The position numbers and the translations under genes are program-made. A DNA stretch of 64,000 nucleotides, taken from contig JAFWOT010000012.1 in assembly GCA_017509785.1 (NCBI GenBank), forward strand, positions 1,544-65,543, in the 5' to 3' direction. Of this stretch, positions 32,363 to 41,694 are shown piece after piece. Each line of letters starts with the position of its first letter. Within the stretch, counting starts at the first letter, position 1. The DNA comes from Clostridia bacterium (GTDB lineage Bacteria; Bacillota; Clostridia; Christensenellales; CAG-138). The notes beneath the pieces are model-generated. The model ran no database searches and had not been told where the DNA came from. It saw only the letters and a list, made by a program, of their open reading frames with translations.

Positions 32363-32650
32363 ATGTATTTTAACCAGGTGGAATTCGGACAGAGGATGCA
32401 GGAAGCCAGAAAGCTGGCTGGGATGACACAGGAAGAACTTGCAGACGTACTTGGAATTGATAAGAATCACGTCAGCCGGCTCGAACGAGGCGCAAAGGCC
32501 TGCTCGATCGATATTCTGGTCGAGATATCAGCGGCGTTGAGAGTCAGTACAGATTATTTGCTGACAGGGAGAAGTATTGACTTGGAAGATACAAGGAATC
32601 AGATGCTGTCAGTCATCACTCAGCTGACAAAACTTGCTCAGAATCTGTAA
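32363..32650 (+). CDS. XRE-family HTH transcriptional regulator
   Basis: FGQRMQEARKLAGMTQEELADVLGIDKNHVSRLERG. Confidence 0.8.
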   Translation: MYFNQVEFGQRMQEARKLAGMTQEELADVLGIDKNHVSRLERGAKACSIDILVEISAALRVSTDYLLTGRSIDLEDTRNQMLSVITQLTKLAQNL

Positions 32651-33139
32651 AAGTAGGCCCACGAGGCCTACTAAATAGGCCCACTGGGCCCACGGCAAAC
32701 GTCGTTTTCTCCTCTAAAATATCACTCGTAACAACCAAGTTGTTACAGGAAAAAGCAAACCAAGCACCTTGACAACTGAATAGACATTCATCAGGTACGA
32801 ACCTGTGATGAGGAGCCACATCAGCAGCCAACGCGAAGACGGTCGAAAGACCAGAGCGGCAACTGGCCTGTAAGAGCCGGACAGCTCCCGGATTACGGCG
32901 AAGATCCATCACAGCATAATGAGACTTCCGTCGAAGGACGGCTCTGTGAGAACCACAGAGGGGTAAAACGGCCCATGGACCCGGTAAGCTGCCGGACGCC
33001 TGAATGATTTCCCGATTTCTGGGGGTGTCGAGGGCAAATACGGAAAGATCATAAACGAAATTATCGTCCGATATGGACGTTATTTGTGGGGCAGGCAGAA
33101 GGCTTGTCCCGTACATAAATCAAGCAAGGAGGAAAAGAA

Positions 33140-33925
33140 ATGCCTGAAGCAATTATCAGACCGTTTGAAGAAAAAATGGTCAACAGCGCTCTTCTGGAGA
33201 TTCCTCGTAATACATATCAGAGGAGCCTGAATCCTGAGAGAGTCAAACGGATCTCCCATTCCTTTGATGAACGGATCGCCAACGAGCCGAAGGTCAGCCT
33301 GAGGGACGGCCATTACGTTGTATTCGACGGCCAGCATGTGATCGCAGCCAGAGTGGACAAGAACAGCGGCGAGGAACTCCCGATCCGATGCAAGGTATAT
33401 TCGGGCCTGACGGACAAGGAAGAAGCATCGCTCTTCGCCAACCAGACCGGCTTCGGTGTTCCGCCCAGCATCGGGATGAAGCTGAGAGCGCTGGTGTTTG
33501 CCGGCGATCCGGAAGCCTGCGGTTTCCTGAAGGCTACCGAGAATGTCGGTCTTCGTATCGACTACGGCCAGCACAAAGGAAGAAAGCGTGTCGCCTGCAT
33601 TGCGGCTGCACTCACCGAGTACCGAAAACTTGGCCCGGAGAAATACCAGGAAGCCATGAAGATGATCCTGGATGGCTGGGACGGCGAGCCGGATTCCCTG
33701 AGAGCTGAAACCGTGACCGGTGTCTGCCGGTTCGTGGATCTCTACAACGGCGAGTACGATCCGAAGCGGATGGTCAAGCGTTTCCGCACAGTGGATCCCC
33801 TGAAGATCTACCGAGACGGCAAGGCTATGGGAGACAATCTTCCCGGTTATAAGAAGTATCTCTATCAGGTACTGCTGATCTACAACGGAGCCAGCAAGAA
33901 GGCTGCGCTGCCGATGAAGTTCTGA
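33140..33925 (+). CDS. ParB/sulfiredoxin-fold protein (DGQH motif)
   Basis: YVVFDGQHVIAARV resembles the ParB-like nuclease / DGQHR motif. RBS AAGGAGG. Confidence 0.5.
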   Translation: MPEAIIRPFEEKMVNSALLEIPRNTYQRSLNPERVKRISHSFDERIANEPKVSLRDGHYVVFDGQHVIAARVDKNSGEELPIRCKVYSGLTDKEEASLFANQTGFGVPPSIGMKLRALVFAGDPEACGFLKATENVGLRIDYGQHKGRKRVACIAAALTEYRKLGPEKYQEAMKMILDGWDGEPDSLRAETVTGVCRFVDLYNGEYDPKRMVKRFRTVDPLKIYRDGKAMGDNLPGYKKYLYQVLLIYNGASKKAALPMKF

Positions 33926-33939
33926 GGAGGAAGATTCGG

Positions 33940-34362
33940 ATGAGATACGAATCAAAGGAAAACAAGTTCTACCGTCAGCCCGGAACCGTGAAGAATTGGA
34001 TCTACAGACGAGGCGACATTTATCTGGCGAATCTGAACCCTTTCAAAGGGGTAGAGCAAGGGGGCACCCGGCCCGTTTTGGTCGTCTCGAACGACATCGG
34101 GAACTTCTTCAGCGAGTTGCTGCTTATCGCCCCAATCACCTCCCAGATAAAGAAAATGGATCAGCCGACACACGTACTTCTTCAGAATGTACGTGGTTTA
34201 AGTACTGACTCAGTAGTCTGCCTGGAACAGATTAAAGGAATCGACAAGCTGAGGATCCTGAAATACCTCGGCAAGATCAGCAAGGAGCAGATGGCGGCAG
34301 TCGATGAGGCTGCGCTGGAGAGTTTGGGAATAGAACTCCCGGAATGCGTCGAGGCTCCATGA
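33940..34362 (+). CDS. mazF: MazF/PemK-family endoribonuclease toxin
   Basis: RRGDIYLANLNPFKGVEQGGTRPVLVVSNDIGN...IAPITSQ. Confidence 0.85.
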   Translation: MRYESKENKFYRQPGTVKNWIYRRGDIYLANLNPFKGVEQGGTRPVLVVSNDIGNFFSELLLIAPITSQIKKMDQPTHVLLQNVRGLSTDSVVCLEQIKGIDKLRILKYLGKISKEQMAAVDEAALESLGIELPECVEAP

Positions 34363-34422
34363 TATGGAAAACGATCCGGCCAGCATAGCCGGATCGTACA
34401 TAAACCGGAGGTGAGAAATAAG

Positions 34423-34662
34423 ATGGAAAAGCTTCTTACAAGGAAGGAGGCGGCAAGGCTGCTTGGAATCAGCATTGATACACTCGATGCTGCCAGGACG
34501 AAAGGCCAGGTTTCCTTCGTTCAATATGTCGAGAATGGCTGCGTGTACTTTACAGAGCAAAGCCTTCAGGAGTTCATTGCACGATCAACGCACAGGGCAA
34601 AGCCCAGGGAAGTCAATACCGGCACCACTTTCAGAACTCCACGAAATACTGCCCGAAGGTGA
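34423..34662 (+). CDS. Excisionase-like / MerR-type HTH DNA-binding protein
   Basis: LLTRKEAARLLGISIDTLDAARTKGQVSF. The gene lies directly upstream of the integrases. Confidence 0.6.
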   Translation: MEKLLTRKEAARLLGISIDTLDAARTKGQVSFVQYVENGCVYFTEQSLQEFIARSTHRAKPREVNTGTTFRTPRNTARR

Positions 34663-34731
34663 CATCCTTGATTCAGGGGCCGGCTCCCTGAGACAATAAA
34701 GCCGCAGTCAAGAGGCAAGGAGGTCACAGCA

Positions 34732-35943
34732 ATGCCAAAGAAAAGAATACCGAATTTCAATTTCAATACCGTGACGATCAAAGGCCACCAGTACTATAAG
34801 GCCTACATCCAGAACGCAGACGGAAAGACAATCATCGTATACGGTAAGACCATAGAGGATCTTTGTCAGAAGGTCGATGCGGCACAGCACCGCTCGGAAA
34901 CAGACGAAAAGCGATTAAACTCTCCTACAGTGAAGGAGTACGCAGAGAAATGGCTGCTGATGCAGTCGGCAAACGTCCGGGCGACAACGCTGATCGATTA
35001 TACGTCCAAGGTGAAACGGCACATCATCGCTCCGCTTGGACATATGAAGATGACCGACGTTACGGCGGATGACATCAAACTGGCGCTGGTCCCGGTCTCC
35101 AAGAAATCTGCTTCCGTTTTCAAGTCAGTGAATATCCTGTACAAATGCATTTTCAATTCCGCAGAGGACAGCAGGATCATCACTTATAACCCAACAAGGT
35201 TCCTTTCTACGAAGGGCGGCGGTGTTCCGCAAAAGGACCGGGAATCACTGACAGACGAGCAGGTTGGCCTTTTACTGGACACAATTCGGGATCTGCCGCC
35301 ATATGTTTTCGTAATGCTTGGCCTTTACGCCGGTCTTCGCAGGGAAGAGATCCTGGCGCTCAAATGGGACTGTGTCTTTCTGGATACAGAATCTCCTTAT
35401 CTTTTGGTCCGGAGAGCCTGGCATACAGAGAGCAACCGCCCGGTTATCCTGACGGAACTGAAAACGAAAGCGGCCAGAAGGGATATTGCCATTCCGGATC
35501 ATCTTGCCGAGTGTCTGAGAGAAGCAAAGACGAAATCCACTTCTGAATATGTGGTGGCTAATAAAGAGGGCGGTCCTCTGACTTACACAGAATTCAAAGG
35601 CCTATGGCGGTTTATCGTAGTCAGGACGGCCAAACCGAGGATTGCCAAGAAGAAGGTCGGCGGCAAGTACGTGAAATACATGCTGTATCCGAAGCTGGGA
35701 GAGATGGCACGGAACAACGGGAAGGTCCAGTATGTTCTGGATTTTGAGGTGACGCCTCACCAGCTGCGCCACACCTATATCACCAACCTGATCCATGCCG
35801 GCGTTGATCCGAAGACGGTGCAGTACCTGGCCGGTCATGAAAACAGCAAGATTACGATGGACATCTATGCGAAGGCCAAGTACAACAGGCCGGAAGATAT
35901 CGCCAAAGCGCTGGGAGACGCATTCTCCATGTGGGACGAATAA
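34732..35943 (+). CDS. int: Tyrosine-type site-specific integrase (copy 1)
   Basis: GLRREEILALKWDCV, TPHQLRHTYITNLIHAGVDPKTVQYLAGHENSKITMDIYAK (the R, H-x-x-R, H and Y set). Confidence 0.9.
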   Translation: MPKKRIPNFNFNTVTIKGHQYYKAYIQNADGKTIIVYGKTIEDLCQKVDAAQHRSETDEKRLNSPTVKEYAEKWLLMQSANVRATTLIDYTSKVKRHIIAPLGHMKMTDVTADDIKLALVPVSKKSASVFKSVNILYKCIFNSAEDSRIITYNPTRFLSTKGGGVPQKDRESLTDEQVGLLLDTIRDLPPYVFVMLGLYAGLRREEILALKWDCVFLDTESPYLLVRRAWHTESNRPVILTELKTKAARRDIAIPDHLAECLREAKTKSTSEYVVANKEGGPLTYTEFKGLWRFIVVRTAKPRIAKKKVGGKYVKYMLYPKLGEMARNNGKVQYVLDFEVTPHQLRHTYITNLIHAGVDPKTVQYLAGHENSKITMDIYAKAKYNRPEDIAKALGDAFSMWDE

Positions 35944-36104
35944 ACAGCCCACCCAACATAACGATGAAAAGTCAGAGCGGGGACCGGTTTTTCCGGGAAC
36001 CTCGCTCTTTCTTCATACATAAGGGTGACATCCTTGATGAAGCCCGTGTCTTTACGGACAATATAGCCAGTCCTTCGGGACAGCAACTAAAGGAGGATTT
36101 TGCA

Positions 36105-37346
36105 ATGGAAAACAAAAACGAAAATGAACAGCCGGCCTTCACCCGGACCATGATCAAAGGGATCCCTTACTACAGGACGCGCATTACAGATGCGGACGGC
36201 AAAAGGGTCAGTCTGTATGCCCGCACCGAAAAGGAACTGGCGGTGAAACTCGCTATGGCGAAGGGGATCATCGAGGACGCCAGGTTCCGGAAGTACAACC
36301 CCACGGTGGCCGAGTATGCCGAGAAATGGTTGGTCATGCAGTCCGCTCACATCCAGCCCAGTACGCTTGAGGGCTATGCCAATTCGGTCAGGAAGTACAT
36401 AATCGGACCTCTTGGGGACATGTACATGTCTGATGTGACGGCGGATGATATCAAGCTGGCAATGGTGCCGGTCGCGAAGAAATCTGCTGCCGTATACAGC
36501 ATGGTCAACATGCTTTTCAAGAGCATCTTTTACTCTGCCGAGTACAGCAACCTCATAAAGGACAACCCCACTAAGAAGCTGAATGCCAAAGGCGGGACGC
36601 CAAAAAAAGAGAAGGAAGCGCTGACCGATGAGCAGGCTGCAAAGCTGCTGGATACGATCAAGGGCCTTCCTCCCTATGTCTTTGTGATGATCGGGCTGTA
36701 TTCCGGTCTCCGCCGCGAGGAGATCCTGGCGCTGCAGTGGGACTGTGTATTCCTTGACTGCCCCACGCCGTATATCTCCGTCAGGCGGGCTTGGCATGAG
36801 GAAAAGAACCGTCCGATTATAAACACCGATCTCAAAACGAAATCAGCACGCAGGGATGTTCCCATTCCGAAGGTCCTCGTGGACTGCCTAAAGGAAGAGA
36901 AAGAAAAGACGATCTCGGATTACGTGATCGCTGACAGTGAAGGGCAGCCGCTTTCGTATTCCCAGTTCGTCAGGATCTGGAACTACATCAAGGTCCGGAG
37001 CACCAAGGAAAGAACGCTGTACAAGTACGTGAACGGGCAGGCAATCAAGAAGACCTTCAAGCCGGAACCGGGACAAAAGTGCGTCAACCGGGAAAACATC
37101 GTATACTGCATCGACTTTGATGTGACGCCGCATCTGCTGCGGCACACCTATATCACGAACCTGATCCACGCCGGCGTCGATCCGAAGACCGTCCAGTACC
37201 TGGCTGGCCACAAGAACAGCAAGGTCACCATGGACATTTACGCAAAGGTCAAGTATAATAAGCCGGAAGAACTCAGTGCTGTCGTCAATGAGGCATTGGA
37301 TAACAGATCTGAAAAGGCCGAAAACGCTGTCTCCGAGGACAGTTAA
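36105..37346 (+). CDS. int: Tyrosine-type site-specific integrase (copy 2, paralogue of copy 1)
   Basis: ATG at 36105 follows AAGGAGG. Motifs: GLRREEILALQWDCV, TPHLLRHTYITNLIHAGVDPKTVQYLAGHKNSKVTMDIYAK. Confidence 0.9.
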   Translation: MENKNENEQPAFTRTMIKGIPYYRTRITDADGKRVSLYARTEKELAVKLAMAKGIIEDARFRKYNPTVAEYAEKWLVMQSAHIQPSTLEGYANSVRKYIIGPLGDMYMSDVTADDIKLAMVPVAKKSAAVYSMVNMLFKSIFYSAEYSNLIKDNPTKKLNAKGGTPKKEKEALTDEQAAKLLDTIKGLPPYVFVMIGLYSGLRREEILALQWDCVFLDCPTPYISVRRAWHEEKNRPIINTDLKTKSARRDVPIPKVLVDCLKEEKEKTISDYVIADSEGQPLSYSQFVRIWNYIKVRSTKERTLYKYVNGQAIKKTFKPEPGQKCVNRENIVYCIDFDVTPHLLRHTYITNLIHAGVDPKTVQYLAGHKNSKVTMDIYAKVKYNKPEELSAVVNEALDNRSEKAENAVSEDS

Positions 37347-37490
37347 CCGAAGGGCTAACTCAAAGCCCGGGTGGCCAGAAATCCAGTAAAATCAAGGGTT
37401 TCCGAGGGCAATTTCGTTCGAGTACGGTTTGAAGGCCGCGCGCAGAGCGCCTCAGTTCTCCAAGCGTTAATCAGACCCAACAAGAGTCGA

Positions 37491-37528
37491 ATACCCCGGA
37501 AATACGTCATTTCCGGGGTATTTTTATT
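37491..37528 (+). terminator. Strong hairpin terminator between the integrase and the convergent chromosomal gene
   Basis: ATACCCCGGAAAT (37491-37503), loop ACGTC, ATTTCCGGGGTAT (37509-37521), TTTTATT. Confidence 0.8.
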
Positions 37529-37542
37529 CGGTTCGGCGATTT

Positions 37543-38466
37543 TTACATGCGGGCTTCTATCCAGTCAAGTATGAATCGGTCGACGTCCTCCTTGTCGAGC
37601 TCGTTCAGGATCTCGTGACGGTCGCCGGGGAAGAGCTTCAAAGTGACGTCGGATACCCCGATCTCCTTATAGGTCTGAGCGACGATCCTCGGCCCCTTGC
37701 CGCATTCGCCGACGGGATCCTCCGCACCGGAGACTACGAGTATGGGCAGATCCTTCGGGATCTTTTCGAGGTTCTCCTTTCGCTGGGAATAGCGCATCCC
37801 GCGGAAGAGGTTATAGTATCCGTTTATCGTGAAAGTGAACTGATTGAGCGGGTTCGCCTCATATGCGTCGACTATTGCCTCATCCTTCGTGAGCCAGTCG
37901 TTCTTGGTGCGGCCGGGCTCGAAAGCCTTGTTATAGGAGCCGAGCGCCATGTTGTTTATTGTGGTGCTGCGGAAATGCCCGCCCCGCGCCTGCTGGAAAA
38001 CCGCTGTCAGCGCGATGGCCATATCGAGCGTGGCGTTGGGCTGGTAGCCCGTGCCCATAACTATCGCTCCCTTGAGTCCCTCGCCGTATTTTTCAATGAA
38101 TTCCCTTGTGAGGAAGGAACCCATGCTGTGCCCGAGTATGAAATACGGAACACCCGGATACTTCTTCGCGGTATCCTCGCGGAGCTGCTGCATATCGCCG
38201 AGGACGGTGAAGTTGCCGTCGTGCTTCGCAAAATAGCCGAGCTGATTCTCATCCGTCACGGATTTCCCGTGGCCGAGATGATCGTTCCCGACTACGTAAA
38301 ATCCCTGCGACGCCATGAACGAGGCGAACCTGTCATAGCGGTCGATGAATTCGACCATCCCGTGCGCGATCTGAAGTATGCCGCGGATTTCCCCCTCGGG
38401 GATCCACTCGATGGCGTGTATCTGCGTCAGCCCGTCCTTCGACGGATAATAGAACTCGTTTTTCAT
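37543..38466 (-). CDS. Alpha/beta hydrolase (lysophospholipase / monoacylglycerol-lipase-like)
   Basis: Nucleophile elbow GHSMGS. HG oxyanion region IAHGMVE. 307 aa. Confidence 0.8.
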   Translation of the reverse strand: MKNEFYYPSKDGLTQIHAIEWIPEGEIRGILQIAHGMVEFIDRYDRFASFMASQGFYVVGNDHLGHGKSVTDENQLGYFAKHDGNFTVLGDMQQLREDTAKKYPGVPYFILGHSMGSFLTREFIEKYGEGLKGAIVMGTGYQPNATLDMAIALTAVFQQARGGHFRSTTINNMALGSYNKAFEPGRTKNDWLTKDEAIVDAYEANPLNQFTFTINGYYNLFRGMRYSQRKENLEKIPKDLPILVVSGAEDPVGECGKGPRIVAQTYKEIGVSDVTLKLFPGDRHEILNELDKEDVDRFILDWIEARM

Positions 38467-38606
38467 TGGTCTGCATCCTTTCGTTTCATCCCCGGATTCC
38501 CGGCGGTTCTTTAGATCTCAAACAGTATATAACACGGGACTTCGTTAGTCAAGTCCAAAGCAAATAAAAAACCGCGGGCGGACGGCCCGCGGCATTCGTG
38601 CGGCGA

Positions 38607-39902
38607 TCAGTTTTGCTTGCTGAAAATGAGCTGATAGACAGCGGAGATATCGGAAGAGTCGACTATGCCGTTGCCGCTCGCCTCGGCGTTGATGATGCCC
38701 TGCGGAGTGAGGACGGCCTTGCCGAGCAGGTAAGCGGAGAGAGCGGAAACGTCCGCCATGTCGACAACGCCGTCACAGTTGACGTCGCCGAGCAGCCCCG
38801 CGGAGCCGCCGGAGATCTCCAGCACGGGCAGCCCGGTGGAGGGATCCGTCCCGGGGGTATAGTTCCCGTCGGAGAACGTGCCGTAAACCATGCTGAGCTC
38901 GCTCCCGAGAACGGAAACACCTTCGGACTTGCACTTGAGCACGCAGGTGAGGGGATACTTCGTCGCGGCGATCCTTACGTGCGAAACGCCGTTGTTGACG
39001 ACGAATTTATCGCAGGAAACGAGAGGATATGACTCGCCGGAGCCGACGGGGCGGGAGGAAACGTCGAGCGTGCCGCCTTCGAGCACGAGGGAGAGGTAAG
39101 CGTAAATGCTGTTATGACCCGCGTGGATGTTTACGTGGCTGTCACCCGTGACGCGGACCCTGCCGAAGGTGGCTTCGATGCCCGTCTCATACTTAGTGCC
39201 GTTATCCTCGACCTGATTCTCGATATTTACAGTGCTGTTCTCAATAAGTATCTCGTCCGCGGTATCCTCGGTAACGCCGCCGATGGGGGTCTCGCCCCAG
39301 ATCCTGACGCCCCAGCGCCCGTACTGCGCGTTGATGACCGCGTTGCGGATGGTGATGGATTTGTATGCGTAGATGCAGGCCCCGTTGGAGAAGGCGGTGT
39401 TCATATCGTGCGGGGTGTTGAAGCAGTTGACGGTCACGCCGTCGATAATGAGATCGTCATTGTGGTTGCTTGCGGAGCCGCTCTCCTTATTTATGCAGTT
39501 GCCCTGAAACTGATTCGCGTAGAGGTTGAGCGTGCCCGTTCCCTCGATCTTGAGGTAACCGTTGCAGGCGGCGGAGATGACGTCGTATTTTTCATTCATA
39601 TAGACGTTATCGATATAGCAGTCGCCGTTGACGACTATGAGCGTATTCGGCGCAAGCTTTATCGGCGCGCTGTGAGCGGAAGCGAGACCGTAGGAATTGA
39701 GCGTCAGCTTGGGGCTGCCGTTATTGCCTGTTGGGGAATAGACCCAGCCCTGCGCCGTGGAAGAAGTGCTCGACGTAGTGGACGAAAGATCGAGCAGGGT
39801 CGTCCTTGCGGCAGTCGCCGCGGGGATGACTTCCGACGCGAACACGGGCATCGAGCAGAAAACGAGAAGCAGCGCGCATATCAGCGCAATTGATTTCTTC
39901 AT
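38607..39902 (-). CDS. Secreted dockerin-containing protein
   Basis: Signal peptide MKKSIALICALLLVFCSMPVFA. The C-terminus has two dockerin Ca-binding repeats, GDVNCDGVVDMADVSAL and NGIVDSSDISAV. ATG at 39902 follows GGAGG. Confidence 0.7.
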   Translation of the reverse strand: MKKSIALICALLLVFCSMPVFASEVIPAATAARTTLLDLSSTTSSTSSTAQGWVYSPTGNNGSPKLTLNSYGLASAHSAPIKLAPNTLIVVNGDCYIDNVYMNEKYDVISAACNGYLKIEGTGTLNLYANQFQGNCINKESGSASNHNDDLIIDGVTVNCFNTPHDMNTAFSNGACIYAYKSITIRNAVINAQYGRWGVRIWGETPIGGVTEDTADEILIENSTVNIENQVEDNGTKYETGIEATFGRVRVTGDSHVNIHAGHNSIYAYLSLVLEGGTLDVSSRPVGSGESYPLVSCDKFVVNNGVSHVRIAATKYPLTCVLKCKSEGVSVLGSELSMVYGTFSDGNYTPGTDPSTGLPVLEISGGSAGLLGDVNCDGVVDMADVSALSAYLLGKAVLTPQGIINAEASGNGIVDSSDISAVYQLIFSKQN

Positions 39903-40340
39903 ATATCGACCTCCGGGTTTTTTTAAATTATACCCCAATTCAAAAAAGTGTCAAGTCATTTCGGGACGCTATTCACATTTTTTCGCAAAAATCCCGAGGC
40001 GTGGGAGCGCCCGTCACCCCGCACGGAACTTCCACCTTGGTCAGCGAAGAATGTGAAAAAGTAAAAATAATGCTGAATTTATTGTTGACAGGCTATCGGG
40101 TTTGATGTAAAATATAAAAAACGCGCGGAAAGAGTCCTTACGTTTGCCGTAAAACCGCACCGATACGATCCGCACGGGCGGGAGCTTTAAAATATATTTT
40201 TAAAAGCGTGTGATATCCGTCCGAAAAAACCGTCTATATAAGTGAGGGCATATCGCGTTTTCCCCGATGCCCGCGGCCTCAGCCTGCAAAACGCGGTAAC
40301 ACAATAAAAACGACAGCCGAAAGGCGGAAAGAAAAACATA

Positions 40341-41633
40341 ATGAAAAAAACGATCCTGCTTGCGCTATGCTTTTTACTGCTGTTGCCGGTCGGATGCGCC
40401 GGCCGCGGCGATCCGAAACAAAGCGAAACACCCTCTGCTGATTCCGGAGATGATGACAGCACAGGATACAGATTTGATTATCACTATAGTGCAGTCGCGG
40501 CGTTTGGATCTGATACCTACGTGATCGAGACCGAAGATACCGTCTATTACCTTTGCAACAATATACTGTATTTCAGCGACAAGGAGTATAAGGAGTTCAT
40601 ACCCCTTTGCCCGAGGCCGGAGTGCGACCACAAAACTTCGGATTGTAACGCTCATATCGATCCGATAGGTGGGTTCTGGATCTATGACAAGTACATCTAT
40701 TATGCAAGTTATGACCTTGGCGGGAAGGCGCCCGGGGATGTGCCCGTTAAGAGCGCTTCGCTTTGGCGCATCCGTCTGGATGGGACCGCGCACGAGCAGG
40801 TCCTCGTGTTCGATCCGGTGGATCTCGGCTTCACTCCGAAGAGGACGAAATGGAGCTTCAATTTCATCGCTGACCGTATTTACGTAACATTCAGTGCATA
40901 CAGGGATCAGACGAGCCTCGAATCAAGTACGGCATACGGATTGGTTTATCTTGATGAACTCAAACTGCCGGAATATAAAACAAACTCCGAAGACGAAAAA
41001 GATGAAGAGTCTCTTGGCGGGGTATGGCTCAGCTCCGACGGGAACCTGATATATGAGTTGAACACCGTCAACGATGGGAACACGGGCGATGAGCCAAAGT
41101 ATCGTCTGACACAATATGATATGGATACCGATGAGTATACCGTTCTTGCCGATCTCGCGATAAGGCCGGAATACCTGGACGGCGGTTTTATGGTCTATGA
41201 CGACGCGTTCTATTATAATTCATTCGACGGAGTTAACGTTCATCTGCATAAGGTCGACTACGGTTCGGATGATATAACGGACAAGATCATCAAGGAGGGC
41301 CCGTACAACGAGGTAAGGATAGCGTATTTCGATTGGAAATACGGCGCCTTGATAGGACATGTCAAGGATCCGGACGGCGATCCGGCAAAGAGCGGGCTTT
41401 ACGTATACGATACGGATCTTGACCTTGTGGATTCGCTATCATATGCAGGCTTGCCTGAGGACGTTATGAAGATAAGCATTTTCCTCCAGACGGACAACTA
41501 TCTGTTTGCGGCTCTTCCGAAGGATGACAACAGCATTTCCTGCGCCTACACCATCCCCACCTGGTACATCGATAAATCCGAGATAGGCACGGGGAACCTC
41601 GCTTGGCGCCGCTGGGCGCCGGACGGGGATTAA
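40341..41633 (+). CDS. Putative lipoprotein, function unknown
   Basis: Lipobox LLLPVGC in MKKTILLALCFLLLLPVGCAG. Confidence 0.55.
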   Translation: MKKTILLALCFLLLLPVGCAGRGDPKQSETPSADSGDDDSTGYRFDYHYSAVAAFGSDTYVIETEDTVYYLCNNILYFSDKEYKEFIPLCPRPECDHKTSDCNAHIDPIGGFWIYDKYIYYASYDLGGKAPGDVPVKSASLWRIRLDGTAHEQVLVFDPVDLGFTPKRTKWSFNFIADRIYVTFSAYRDQTSLESSTAYGLVYLDELKLPEYKTNSEDEKDEESLGGVWLSSDGNLIYELNTVNDGNTGDEPKYRLTQYDMDTDEYTVLADLAIRPEYLDGGFMVYDDAFYYNSFDGVNVHLHKVDYGSDDITDKIIKEGPYNEVRIAYFDWKYGALIGHVKDPDGDPAKSGLYVYDTDLDLVDSLSYAGLPEDVMKISIFLQTDNYLFAALPKDDNSISCAYTIPTWYIDKSEIGTGNLAWRRWAPDGD

Positions 41634-41641
41634 GGGACGAA

Positions 41642-41683
41642 AAAACGCTCCGGGGAGTGGGAAATCTCCGGAGCGTTTTATTA
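41642..41683. terminator. Bidirectional hairpin terminator between convergent genes
   Basis: AAAACGCTCCGG (41642-41653) pairs with CCGGAGCGTTTT (41668-41679). A-runs and T-runs flank it. Confidence 0.7.
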
Positions 41684-41694
41684 TGCCCGGTCTG

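Larger units (their letters stand above)
1..37530. mobile_element. Right-hand portion of an integrative conjugative/mobilisable element with a defence-gene cargo island; left end is outside the window
   Basis: Co-directional block of topoisomerase III, ArdC-like, TTRAP, MobC and relaxase genes at 0-6 kb. Excisionase-like gene plus two tyrosine integrases at 34.4-37.3 kb. After ~37.5 kb the sequence becomes visibly G+C-richer with GC-biased third codon positions and housekeeping genes. Confidence 0.7.
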
